The notes under the pieces: generated by a model
Database searches by the model: none
Seen by the model: only the letters and a program-made list of their open reading frames with translations
Told to the model about the DNA's origin: nothing
Shown: piece by piece, positions 17,274 to 26,198 of the stretch
Layout: every line of letters begins with the position of its first letter
How positions within the stretch are numbered: the first letter of the stretch is position 1
From: Lachnospiraceae bacterium
Lineage (GTDB): Bacteria; Bacillota; Clostridia; Lachnospirales; Lachnospiraceae
Length of the DNA stretch: 64,000 nucleotides
Assembly (NCBI GenBank): GCA_900769175.1
Contig: CAAGFP010000108.1
Coordinates: 1,107 to 65,106 of the forward strand
Direction of reading: 5' to 3'
Program-made: the position numbers and the translations under genes

Positions 17274-18476
17274 CTATAAAACCCTTCGCACGCAGATAAT
17301 ACTTTTATAGGTAGCCTGCGAAATTTTGATTCCGGTTTTGGCGGAGCTTGCATGTACAATCAGACCGCCTCCGATATAGAGAGCAACATGTCCGGCATAA
17401 CAGATAAGGTCTCCGGGCTCGGCATTTGTATATTCAACACCCACGCCTGCACTTCGTTGCCCGTAGGAAGTTCTCGGAATTTCGATTCCGAAATGCGCAT
17501 AAACCGAGGAAGTAAATCCCGAACAGTCGGTTCCGTTCGTCAGACTTGTACCGCCGGCTTTATAAGGATTCCCGAGGAATTTTATCGCATAAAGAGCAAC
17601 CTCTTTCCCTTTTTCGCTTCCCGTGGCGCCCGTAATTACCGCCGGGTCTACGCTATAGGCAGAACCGGTATATTTACTTGTGCTACCGCCGTTATCCCCG
17701 CCGCCGTTCTCATTCTCAAGCGCTTTCTGTCTTTCTTTTTCAAGCTTTTTAATCTCATCGTTTTGCTTCTTTATCTGTGCTGCATAATTCTTTGCCTTCT
17801 TTTTGGCATCGGAAATTTTTGCCTGATAATCCGCACAGATTTTTTCAAGTTCACCTGCTGCCGTCTCGAGTTCTTTCTGCTCCAATTCGCATTCCTGTTT
17901 CGCGGTAAGAAGTTCATCTTCCTCGATTTCAAGCGCTTCCTTCAGCTCAATCACTTCCTGCTTGGCCTGCTGGTAATCCGACAGAAGCTTATCATCATAT
18001 TGATAAAGCTTCTCGACATATTCCATTCTTGTTAATAAATCGCCGATTCCTTTTGCCTCTAATAGCAGTGATAAATAACTGCTTCTGCCGCCATTTTCAT
18101 ACATATTCTGAATATGTAATTTCGTATTCTCATACTGCTTTGCCTCTTTTGCCTTTGCCTCTTCCAGATCTTTTTTGGCAACTTCTATCTCTGCTTCCTT
18201 TGCAGCGATTTCTTCTTCAAGAATACTGATTCCGGCAAGAATTTCCACAATTTCTGCATTGAGTGCATCCAGCTCCTCCTGAACCTGCGCCTGCTCGCCG
18301 GAGAGTTCGTCGATCTCATTATTCAGATTTTCCAATTCTTCCTGTTTTTTCTTCTTCTCTTCTTCGATTTTTTCCTGCTCTTTTTTCAAATCATCGGAGG
18401 GTGCTGCACTCACCGGCTGCATGAGCAGGGCAAAAACAAGAACAAAGGTAAGAAGAGTCGCTAATATTTTCTTCAT
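17274..18476 (-). CDS. CwlO-like secreted peptidoglycan DL-endopeptidase (coiled-coil N-domain + NlpC/P60 C40 peptidase)
   Basis: Signal peptide 'MKKILATLLTFVLVFALLMQPVSA', a long E/K-rich coiled coil, and a C-terminal NlpC/P60 domain with catalytic 'DCSGF' Cys and downstream His. Start set at MKKIL; the upstream extension in the six-frame ORF is likely 5' UTR. Confidence 0.8.
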   Translation of the reverse strand: MKKILATLLTFVLVFALLMQPVSAAPSDDLKKEQEKIEEEKKKKQEELENLNNEIDELSGEQAQVQEELDALNAEIVEILAGISILEEEIAAKEAEIEVAKKDLEEAKAKEAKQYENTKLHIQNMYENGGRSSYLSLLLEAKGIGDLLTRMEYVEKLYQYDDKLLSDYQQAKQEVIELKEALEIEEDELLTAKQECELEQKELETAAGELEKICADYQAKISDAKKKAKNYAAQIKKQNDEIKKLEKERQKALENENGGGDNGGSTSKYTGSAYSVDPAVITGATGSEKGKEVALYAIKFLGNPYKAGGTSLTNGTDCSGFTSSVYAHFGIEIPRTSYGQRSAGVGVEYTNAEPGDLICYAGHVALYIGGGLIVHASSAKTGIKISQATYKSIICVRRVL

Positions 18477-18692
18477 AGGCATTTTATCCCGTTCCCATAT
18501 TAGATTTCGATTTCCTGTCTGCTTTGATTCGCCATTCCAATCCATTGTCATTGCGAAATCCGTCCCCTGAAACGCCAAATACTCTGCGCCCTATTAATCA
18601 TTATAATCCCTGTTGTCAATAAAGTATACTATTTCTTGCCTTTTCACAAAAAGTTTGTTACAATAATTAGACGAAAAGAAAGGAGGGTTTCC

Positions 18693-19196
18693 ATGTCAGC
18701 GAATCTTTTACTTGTAGCATTGCAGCCCTGGGCCATTGCACTGATTGTTCTCGCAGTTGTATTAATCGCAGCAACCGTAGCGATGTACTTCGTCGGTAAA
18801 AAGATGGAGAAAAAGCAGGCAGAACAGCAACAGATGATGGAAGCAAACAAGCAGGTTGTCACTATGCTTGTTATCGATAAAAAAAGAGTGAAATTTAAAG
18901 ACGCCGGATTTTCACAGGCAATTATCGAGCAGACGCCTAAGTTCTCCCGCGGAATGAAAGTTTGTGCAGTCAAGGTCAAAATCGGGCCCCAGCTTCATAC
19001 CATGATTGCGGATGATAAAATTTTTGATACAATTCCTGTAAAGAAAGAAATTAAAGCAACCATCAGCGGTATGTACATTATGAGTTTTAAAGCGGCTCAC
19101 GGTAAATTAGAACTTCCGCCGCCAAAGAAGAAAAACATCTTCCGCCGCGCAGTGGATAAGCTTCAGGAAAAGGCCGGAGCAAAACCCGTGAAATAG
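18693..19196 (+). CDS. hypothetical single-pass membrane protein
   Basis: AAAGGAGGG RBS precedes ATG 'MSANLLLVALQPWAIALIVLAVVLIAATVAMYFV' (TM helix). No recognisable domain. K-rich C-terminus. Confidence 0.4.
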   Translation: MSANLLLVALQPWAIALIVLAVVLIAATVAMYFVGKKMEKKQAEQQQMMEANKQVVTMLVIDKKRVKFKDAGFSQAIIEQTPKFSRGMKVCAVKVKIGPQLHTMIADDKIFDTIPVKKEIKATISGMYIMSFKAAHGKLELPPPKKKNIFRRAVDKLQEKAGAKPVK

Positions 19197-19242
19197 AAAT
19201 ACTGCATCATTTCCATTGATATTTTCAGCTGAAAGCATAAAT

Positions 19243-19286
19243 TAAGGCAGCCACAATTCGAAATAGAAAAGTGGCTGCCTTTATTT
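19243..19286. terminator. bidirectional rho-independent terminator between convergent genes
   Basis: 'aaggcagccacaattcgaaatagaaaagtggctgcctt' followed by 'tatttt'. A-rich on the 5' side, so it can function on both strands. Confidence 0.65.
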
Positions 19287-19316
19287 TGCGTCTGCCTTCG
19301 AAACCGCCATGGCGGG

Positions 19317-20054
19317 TTAATACTTCGCTTCTATCTTAATTTTATTCTCAGAAATTACCTTTCCTTCCACGAAAAGCTGATAATTGATTTCGCCGTACAC
19401 TCCGCGCTGATTTTCCCATACTTTTATATCCGAACAAAGCACATCCATCGACAAATCCCCGTATGGCGTATGAAACGACGAAAGCGTTGTCTGTCCGGGA
19501 GAAAAGAGCATTTCTGACTCCAATTCACCACTTTTCAAAAGATTGACTTCGCTTTCGGATAAAATAATGATGTTTTTTAACGGCGTATCAATCCCTTCAA
19601 TCCGTTCGTCAAAAATCAGTGTATGCAAATCTTTTTCTTCATGCTTTTCGTATGTACCGGTCGACAATGTCTGGGTGCTTGTCATCTCTACCCCGTTTTC
19701 ATACTGAATTCCGGTTACGGAAACATGTACCTTGCGTTGCATTTTGTTCCTCCTGTTTTCGCTTTGTTTCTCTATGAAGTTTTCGTTTTGTATACTTGTC
19801 TGCATCTGCTTTTCAAGCACATGAACCTGTTGTCCCGCTTTGGAATTAACATTTCCAAAAAAACGAAAATCAAAAGAGAAATCCGACATTTTAATCGGCT
19901 TTGAAAATGCCTTTATCGCATCTTCCTTTTCCAGTTCGTTCCCTTCTTCATCATATACTTCCACGCTGCCGTTTATGATTGGAATTTCCGGAAACAGACA
20001 TACACTTCCGGTAAAGGCAACTGCTGCAATCATCATACGAATTAAATTTTTCAT
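19317..20054 (-). CDS. hypothetical secreted protein
   Basis: N-terminal signal-like 'MKNLIRMMIAAVAFTGSVCLF'. GGAGG RBS. No recognised domain. Confidence 0.4.
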   Translation of the reverse strand: MKNLIRMMIAAVAFTGSVCLFPEIPIINGSVEVYDEEGNELEKEDAIKAFSKPIKMSDFSFDFRFFGNVNSKAGQQVHVLEKQMQTSIQNENFIEKQSENRRNKMQRKVHVSVTGIQYENGVEMTSTQTLSTGTYEKHEEKDLHTLIFDERIEGIDTPLKNIIILSESEVNLLKSGELESEMLFSPGQTTLSSFHTPYGDLSMDVLCSDIKVWENQRGVYGEINYQLFVEGKVISENKIKIEAKY

Positions 20055-20280
20055 GATATCCTCCGAATCAAATGATTTACCTCCCCGGGTCCGTCCGGAC
20101 CCAAAGAAGCATTTTAATTACTTTCTTATTATCATTCTTTCCAACACGAAAAATTTTATACCGATTTCATACGATGAATGATTCAAATCTTTTATTCCGT
20201 ATTCAATACAATGAATCATGAAACAGGTACGAAGCGCAATCGATTCGTTTATTTATGAAATCATTACTATGCCTTTTTAT

Positions 20281-21150
20281 TCATCCCTTATTATAAAATG
20301 AACTGACCTTCGTTTCCGCCTTTGGGAACGCGACGCGAATTTCTTCTGCCACATGTTTTGCAATTTCTTCGCTTTCGCAAAGGCAGAACACGGTCGGACC
20401 GCTTCCTGACATCATGGAAGCAAACGCGCCTGAAGCAATCATTCGTTCCTTGATTGCGGCAATTTCCGGGTAGCGCAATTCGGTAACGCTTTCAAGGTCA
20501 TTTCTCATATAGGAAGCCATTCGCTTCAGGTCGCCTTCTTTGATCGCCTGAATCATGAAATCCACATCCGGATGTTTTTCCAAAAGGCTTAAATCCAGAT
20601 TTTCGTATACTTCCTTTGTGGAAACGCCGAAATCCGGCTTCGTAATCACTACGGGACATGCCGGGACAGGCGGAAGCGGGGTTAAAATTTCACCGATGCC
20701 CTCTGCCAGAGCGGTTCCGCCGAGAATACAATAAGGCACATCCGCACCGATTAAAACCCCGAGCTCACAAAGTTCGTCCCTACTCAGCCCGAAGCCGAAA
20801 AGTTCATTGAGCGCAATTAAGGTTGCTGCTGCATCCGTGCTTCCGCCTGCCATCCCTGCTGCCATGGGAATTCTTTTTTCGAGGTGAATCGCAACCCCCA
20901 TCTTGGGCTTAAATCGTTCCATAATCAAAGCAGCCGCCTTGCAGATCAAATTGCTTCCGTCCGTCGGAAGATTCGAAACATTCGAGGTTAATGCAACGCC
21001 GGGTTCATCCGTTGGTGTGAAAGTTAACAGATCATATAAATCAACCGTCTGCATTACCATACGAAGATCATGATAACCGTTGTCGCGTCGTCCCAAAACA
21101 TCAAGTGCAAGATTCACTTTCGCATACGCTTTCATAATCAGCTGTTCCAT
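20281..21150 (-). CDS. ispE: 4-diphosphocytidyl-2-C-methyl-D-erythritol kinase
   Basis: 289 aa. 'KAYAKVNLALDVLGRRDNGYHDL' and the GHMP kinase motif 'PMAAGMAGGSTDAAA'. Confidence 0.9.
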   Translation of the reverse strand: MEQLIMKAYAKVNLALDVLGRRDNGYHDLRMVMQTVDLYDLLTFTPTDEPGVALTSNVSNLPTDGSNLICKAAALIMERFKPKMGVAIHLEKRIPMAAGMAGGSTDAAATLIALNELFGFGLSRDELCELGVLIGADVPYCILGGTALAEGIGEILTPLPPVPACPVVITKPDFGVSTKEVYENLDLSLLEKHPDVDFMIQAIKEGDLKRMASYMRNDLESVTELRYPEIAAIKERMIASGAFASMMSGSGPTVFCLCESEEIAKHVAEEIRVAFPKAETKVSSFYNKG

Positions 21151-21302
21151 TTTCGCCTACTCCTTAAAATGATCAAATTCGAATTATTTTGATTATAGCA
21201 TTTCCCCGAAATTTTACAACCTTATGGCATAAGTTGGGACATTCTTTCATAAAATGTGATACAAAGCTGAAAACCGAACCTTAATAACAGAAAGGAGTTC
21301 TA

Positions 21303-22961
21303 ATGGAGCAATACATAGAGCCGGAAAAATCATACCCCAGTCAAAACAGTCAATATACTGCAGCGAAATCGCAATATGCGAAAGCTTCGAATCCACAACC
21401 AAAGTCTGCCTGTCTTGAACTAAAAAAGGAATTTGTCCATATGCTAAACAGTGAATCCAGTGCAGGAAGCGAAACGGTTTTGGAAAAGGATTTCATTCTT
21501 CCGGATTCTGCCGAAGATATGGTAAGGATTCTGTTAATAGATCCTCTTGTATGCACAGAGGAAGCAACCGCGGGTGAAAACCGCATGGAATTCAAAGGAA
21601 ACTTACAGGTAAACTTCCTTTATCAGTCAGACATTAATCCGAATGCACTTTGCAGACAGCAATTTAAAATTCCCTTCCGTGAAGTCGTAAAACTTGACGG
21701 GCTTAACGCCGCCGACAAGCCGGAATGGGAAATCAATGTCGATAAATTCTCACTTTTACGGGTGAACGAGCGAAAGGCCGTATTTAAAGGCACTCTTGAG
21801 TTTTCCTGTGTGTTAGGCCAGATTCGGGACGAAGAAATCGTAACCGGAATTGTTTCGGACGAAGAATGTGAAATCCGGACAGAACAATATCAATGCCTGT
21901 CCTTAAGCGGAATGAAAAATGATTTATTCCGCATCCGTGAGGAAATGAAGCTTCCCGCCAGCGCACCTGCCGTTTCTTCCATTATCTGGCAGTCGCTTTC
22001 AATCCGGAATTTTGAAGCAAAGCCTCTGCGCGAGCAGCTTGCAATCCGCGGAGAGCTCAATGCGTTTATTATTTACACGGATGAAACCGAGCAGACCTAT
22101 TTCAAAGAATCCACGATTCCTTTCCACGGAACCTTGGAATGTGACGGCTGTGATGAAGATTCCATCGTAAACGTTTCCTATTCCATTGACAAACAGCTTT
22201 GCGAAATCCGCCCGGACGATGAAGGCGAAGACAGAAATATCAGTTTGGAAGTCAACCTCAAACTCTATATCAAAGTATTTGAAAATATGCGTACCGACTG
22301 CATGAGCGATGCCTATGCCGGAAAGAGCGAACTGATTCTTGACAAAAAAGAAATATCCTGTTTTGAATTTCTGACAAATTCCATGGAAAGTTTTCGCATT
22401 GACCAGATGGTTCCCGTTCCGTCCGAAAATGAGAGAATCGATGAAATTCTGCATGCTTCTTTCGACATTGAAATTACCTCTGTCAGCCGCGACCAAAATA
22501 ATCTGTTAACAAGAGGAAACCTTTGCGTGCAGCTCTTCTTTACTGTCACAGATGACCGTTTTCCTTACCGCAGCAGTACTTTCAAAGTTCCGTTCACGCA
22601 CAGCAGTGGCATTTCCGGTCTGAGTCCGGATACGGAATACCGGATTCAGGGAACGCCGGAAAACATTTCCGTTACCGTATTCGATACGGAGAATCTTCAA
22701 TTCAAGGCCGTGGTGATGCTTAATATTTTTGCAATGAATAAAATCAATCACACGAGCGTCAGCTGTGTGACTTCCATTCCGAATTCTTCTGAAAAACGAA
22801 AGAAAAGTTACGGCATTACCGTCTTCTTCCCGGATAAAAACAATAATACATTATGGGAGGTCGGAAAAGAAACCGGAATTCCCTTATCGAGAATCCGTTC
22901 CTTAAATCATTTAAGTCCTGACGCAGAAACTTATAAAGATAAAATCATCGTGATGAAATAA
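21303..22961 (+). CDS. DUF3794-like repeat protein with C-terminal LysM-like domain (SipL-like, possible spore morphogenesis protein)
   Basis: 552 aa. The C-terminal 45 aa ('ITVFFPDKNNNTLWEVGKETGIPLSRIRSLNHLSPDAETYKDKIIV') fits the LysM pattern. The architecture resembles Clostridial SipL. The assignment is tentative. Confidence 0.4.
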   Translation: MEQYIEPEKSYPSQNSQYTAAKSQYAKASNPQPKSACLELKKEFVHMLNSESSAGSETVLEKDFILPDSAEDMVRILLIDPLVCTEEATAGENRMEFKGNLQVNFLYQSDINPNALCRQQFKIPFREVVKLDGLNAADKPEWEINVDKFSLLRVNERKAVFKGTLEFSCVLGQIRDEEIVTGIVSDEECEIRTEQYQCLSLSGMKNDLFRIREEMKLPASAPAVSSIIWQSLSIRNFEAKPLREQLAIRGELNAFIIYTDETEQTYFKESTIPFHGTLECDGCDEDSIVNVSYSIDKQLCEIRPDDEGEDRNISLEVNLKLYIKVFENMRTDCMSDAYAGKSELILDKKEISCFEFLTNSMESFRIDQMVPVPSENERIDEILHASFDIEITSVSRDQNNLLTRGNLCVQLFFTVTDDRFPYRSSTFKVPFTHSSGISGLSPDTEYRIQGTPENISVTVFDTENLQFKAVVMLNIFAMNKINHTSVSCVTSIPNSSEKRKKSYGITVFFPDKNNNTLWEVGKETGIPLSRIRSLNHLSPDAETYKDKIIVMK

Positions 22962-23078
22962 CGCGCGTACGCAAGCAACTATCTTCTTTACGCGCGCATG
23001 CGCATCCTGCGCGGAGCAAAGAATCTCGCAAGCGAGATTCTTTGCTCCGGTTGCGTGTTGTGTAAGCAACTTTCTACT
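22961..23078. repeat. composite copy of the dispersed GC-rich intergenic repeat family (modules A and B plus a 17-bp-arm hairpin)
   Basis: Contains 'acgcaagcaactatcttcttt', 'acgcgcgcatgcgcatcctgcgcggagc' (box A), the perfect hairpin 'cggagcaaagaatctcgc-aag-gcgagattctttgctccg', and 'gttgcgtgttgtgtaagcaactttctacttt' (box B). Confidence 0.65.
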
Positions 23079-23984
23079 TTATTTCACACATCCGATTAAT
23101 TCATGAATATCTTCAATTCGGTGTTTTTTCATATAACCTTCTATTCCGTCTATCACAGCAAGAGTCGCATAGGGATTTACAAAATTCATTGCGCCGACGG
23201 AAACCGCAGCTGCACCTGCCATAATAAATTCAAGCGCATCTTCTCCCGTTGCGATTCCGCCCATTCCGATAATGGGAATCTGCACGGCATTCGCACACTG
23301 GTAAACCATACGTACGGCAACCGGTTTGATGGCAGGGCCGGATAATCCACCCGTTTTGTTGGCAAGAAGGAAGGTTCTTTTTTCTACATCGATTTTCATA
23401 CCGGTAATCGTATTGATCAGCGAAATGGCATCAGCCCCCGCTGCTTCTGCAGCCTTTGCCATTTCTGTAATATCCGTTACGTTCGGGCTTAACTTCATAA
23501 TGACCGGCTGTTTTGCCACTGCTTTGATTCGTTTCGTAATATCAAAGAGCGCGTCTGCTTTCTGTCCAAACGCAATAGCACCTTCTTTTACATTCGGACA
23601 GGATACATTGATTTCGAGCATTTTAACAATTTGACTGTCGCCGAGGCGTTCAACCGTTTCAAGATAATCCTCCACCGTTTTCCCGCATACATTGACAATG
23701 ACATTCGTTTCATAGTTTTTCAAAAACTCCAGATCCCGTTCCATAAACACATCGATTCCCGGATTCTGCAAACCGATGGCGTTTAACATTCCGCCATAGG
23801 TTTCTGCAACTCTCGGCGTCGGATTTCCCGGCCAGGGCACATTTGCAACACCCTTTGTCACAATTCCGCCAAGCGCATTTAAATCAACAAAATTACTGTA
23901 TTCCATACCGGAACCAAAGGTTCCCGAAGCAGTCATAACGGGATTTTTAAATTTAACTCCTGCAATGGTAACTTCCGTATTCAT
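23079..23984 (-). CDS. pyrD: dihydroorotate dehydrogenase (class 1B) catalytic subunit
   Basis: 'IAGVKFKNPVMTASGTFG' N-terminus. 301 aa. Overlaps pyrK (ATGA). Confidence 0.9.
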   Translation of the reverse strand: MNTEVTIAGVKFKNPVMTASGTFGSGMEYSNFVDLNALGGIVTKGVANVPWPGNPTPRVAETYGGMLNAIGLQNPGIDVFMERDLEFLKNYETNVIVNVCGKTVEDYLETVERLGDSQIVKMLEINVSCPNVKEGAIAFGQKADALFDITKRIKAVAKQPVIMKLSPNVTDITEMAKAAEAAGADAISLINTITGMKIDVEKRTFLLANKTGGLSGPAIKPVAVRMVYQCANAVQIPIIGMGGIATGEDALEFIMAGAAAVSVGAMNFVNPYATLAVIDGIEGYMKKHRIEDIHELIGCVK

Positions 23985-24760
23985 TAAATTTCCACCTCCC
24001 TTGCATCAAAAACCGGGCCTTCCGTACAGATTCTTGTATTATTGACATGAGAATGTGCATCTTTATGAACCGTTTTACATACACATCCAAGACATGCACC
24101 TACGCCGCATGCCATTCTTTCTTCCAAGGAGATATATGCCGTTATGTTTTTCTCCTGTGCATATTGTTTGATTGCACGAAGCATCGGCATCGGCCCGCAT
24201 GCCATGATAATATCCGGCTCGATTCCCGACTCGGCAAGTGCATTCATGACATTTCCCTTACTTCCGACGCTTCCGTCCTCCGTTGCAATAGAAACGGTGC
24301 TGACCTTTTCGAATTCATCTGCAAGGAATGTAAGATTATCACGGTATCCGAGGAAAGAATACACATTCCCTTTTATCTGTTTCGCAGTTTCAAGCATCGG
24401 AGGAATTCCGATTCCGCCACCCATTAACACAACCGTTTTCTCTTTCGTATCTTCCCACAGAGGGAATCCGTTTCCCAGCACTCCGAGCAGCTGTACCGTA
24501 TCTCCTTCCTTGAGCGTCGAAAACTCCTTTGTTCCATTGCCGTTTATTCTATACACCAGACGCAGCTCACTTTTGGCAGGGTCAATTCCACAAATACTAA
24601 TCGGTCTCATCAACAGCATTTCCCCGGAATTGGGATAAATTCCAACAAACTGTCCGGGACGGGCTTCTTTTGCCGCCATCGCCTTAAGCCGTAAATCAAA
24701 GATTCCGGGCGCCAGTTCCTTCTGTGAAAGAACGGTTGCCATTTCCTTACATCTAAACAT
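23984..24760 (-). CDS. pyrK: dihydroorotate dehydrogenase electron-transfer subunit
   Basis: FAD/NAD-binding fold plus the C-terminal Cys cluster 'CGVGACLGCVC' for the [2Fe-2S] centre. AGGAGG RBS. Confidence 0.9.
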   Translation of the reverse strand: MFRCKEMATVLSQKELAPGIFDLRLKAMAAKEARPGQFVGIYPNSGEMLLMRPISICGIDPAKSELRLVYRINGNGTKEFSTLKEGDTVQLLGVLGNGFPLWEDTKEKTVVLMGGGIGIPPMLETAKQIKGNVYSFLGYRDNLTFLADEFEKVSTVSIATEDGSVGSKGNVMNALAESGIEPDIIMACGPMPMLRAIKQYAQEKNITAYISLEERMACGVGACLGCVCKTVHKDAHSHVNNTRICTEGPVFDAREVEI

Positions 24761-24858
24761 CTTTTTCCTCCTGATTATTCCGTCCCATTTCAGAATTCAT
24801 TTGCCATGCCTTAAATCGTTCAATCCGGCTGTAACAGAATTCGGAAACGGGATTTATT

Positions 24859-26127
24859 TTATTCAACCTTATATATCATTTTGCCTGCGCATATGGTCAT
24901 TTTCACTCTGCCCTTCAGGGTACGTCCGATAAACGGGGAGTTCGATGACTTCGAGCGAAAACTGCTTACCACCCACTCTTCATTCGGATCATACACAATC
25001 ACATCTGCAACTTTCCCTTTTGCAATTCGTCCGCGGTCAAGATGATACATTTTAGCGGGATTCACGGTCAAAAGTTTCAGCACGTCAATCAGTTTTTGCC
25101 CACCCTCATTTATTAATGCTTCACAGGCAAGCGGCAGCGCGGTTTCCAATCCAATCATTCCGCTCGGCGCATTCACAATCGGCTTGTCCTTTTCCTCTTT
25201 TGTATGCGGTGCATGGTCGGTTGCAATTAAATCAATGGTTCCGTCTTTCACGCCGGCAATCAGAGCCTGCCGGTCCGTTTCCGTTCGAAACGGCGGATTG
25301 AGTTTTGCAAGACTTCCCATTTCAATGACAGCTTCTTCCGTCAGATTTAAATGTTGCGGAGTCACCTCGGCATGGATGCGGTTCCCGGGAACCCGCTTTG
25401 CCCTGCGCACCAGCTCCACGCCCTCCTTGGTGCTGATGTGCTGAATATTGAGAATCGCATTCGTTTTAAGCGCAATCTCTAAATCTCTTTCAATCAGCGT
25501 AATTTCCGCTTCCCGCGGAGAGCCGTTAATCTGATAAAATTCTGACGCCGCCCCATGATTAATTCCGTTTTCGGAAATCAGCTCCCGATTCTCTTCGTGT
25601 AGACTGATGGGGACATTTCGCGAAGCACATTTTATCATGGCTTGTGTTAAAAGTTCTTCATCCATCAGCGGAATTCCGTCATCCGTAAAACCAATGGCAC
25701 CCGCCGAAATCAGCCTGTCCATATCGGTCAGTTTTTCGCCCTTTAATCCTTTCGTCACGGCAGCACAGGATTCCACATGAATTCCCGTATGCCGTCCCTT
25801 TTTCAGACACTCCGTCAAAGTATCCGTATTGTCAATCGCAGGAGAGGTATTGCACATCATAATAACCGTCGTATATCCGCCGGCCATTGCCGCATTTGCC
25901 CCCGTGATAATATCTTCCTTATGCGTAAATCCAGGGTCGCGGAAATGGGTATGTACATCAATCAGTCCCGGTGCGACCACCAGTCCTTTCGCCGAAATCA
26001 CTTCTTCTCCCGCTTCTGCAGACAGATTTGAAGCAATTTCTGTAATTATTCCGTCTGAAATTCTAAGATCGCCCTTTTCTTCCAGACCGGAATCGGGATC
26101 CATTATCAAACCATCCTTAATTAACAT
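24859..26127 (-). CDS. pyrC: dihydroorotase
   Basis: 'GLIDVHTHFRDPGF' metal-binding HxH. 422 aa from the RBS-supported start MLIKDG (AGGGAGAG RBS). Confidence 0.9.
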   Translation of the reverse strand: MLIKDGLIMDPDSGLEEKGDLRISDGIITEIASNLSAEAGEEVISAKGLVVAPGLIDVHTHFRDPGFTHKEDIITGANAAMAGGYTTVIMMCNTSPAIDNTDTLTECLKKGRHTGIHVESCAAVTKGLKGEKLTDMDRLISAGAIGFTDDGIPLMDEELLTQAMIKCASRNVPISLHEENRELISENGINHGAASEFYQINGSPREAEITLIERDLEIALKTNAILNIQHISTKEGVELVRRAKRVPGNRIHAEVTPQHLNLTEEAVIEMGSLAKLNPPFRTETDRQALIAGVKDGTIDLIATDHAPHTKEEKDKPIVNAPSGMIGLETALPLACEALINEGGQKLIDVLKLLTVNPAKMYHLDRGRIAKGKVADVIVYDPNEEWVVSSFRSKSSNSPFIGRTLKGRVKMTICAGKMIYKVE

Positions 26128-26198
26128 CTTTTCTCTCCCTATAATTCCTTTCATAGAACGCACATTCCCGATGTGCTCAGACTTCATTTCACGAGTAT

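Noticed and set aside
17352-18035. 227-aa plus-strand ORF antisense to the CwlO-like gene, and similar long antisense ORFs inside guaA (8046-8468), the Big_2 gene (37743-38171), kor and pyr genes
   Set aside because: These are all embedded antisense in well-supported genes. They are leucine/phenylalanine-rich from the AT-rich reverse frames and have no RBS. They were treated as artefacts of six-frame translation.
17274-18578. N-terminal extensions of six-frame ORFs (e.g. 'MAFQGTDFAMTMDWNGESKQ...' before the CwlO-like signal peptide; 'MRRIRTCNIPDCDC...' before the acyl-CoA synthetase; 'MTKKNTQIIIFLGVFF...' before the FNT channel; 'MRKRDTRRIVLCKR...' before the decarboxylase)
   Set aside because: The extensions overlap upstream genes or repeat elements, and lack RBSs. 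They are replaced by downstream starts with good Shine-Dalgarno sequences. Coordinates in the feature list use the shorter starts.
18477-18640. Possible c-di-AMP (ydaO-type) riboswitch in the ~120-nt 5' UTR of the CwlO-like hydrolase gene ('GGGGACGGA', two GAATC elements)
   Set aside because: The pseudo-two-fold ACGGGG...GAAUCC architecture and helices of the ydaO motif cannot be reconstructed from this sequence. The similarity is limited to short G-rich words. A covariance-model search (Rfam RF00379) would be needed before a call.
21151-21302. Sporulation sigma-factor (sigma-E/K) promoter upstream of the SipL-like gene
   Set aside because: Only weak resemblance to the CATA-type -10 element, so it cannot be distinguished from background in AT-rich DNA without experimental 5'-end data.
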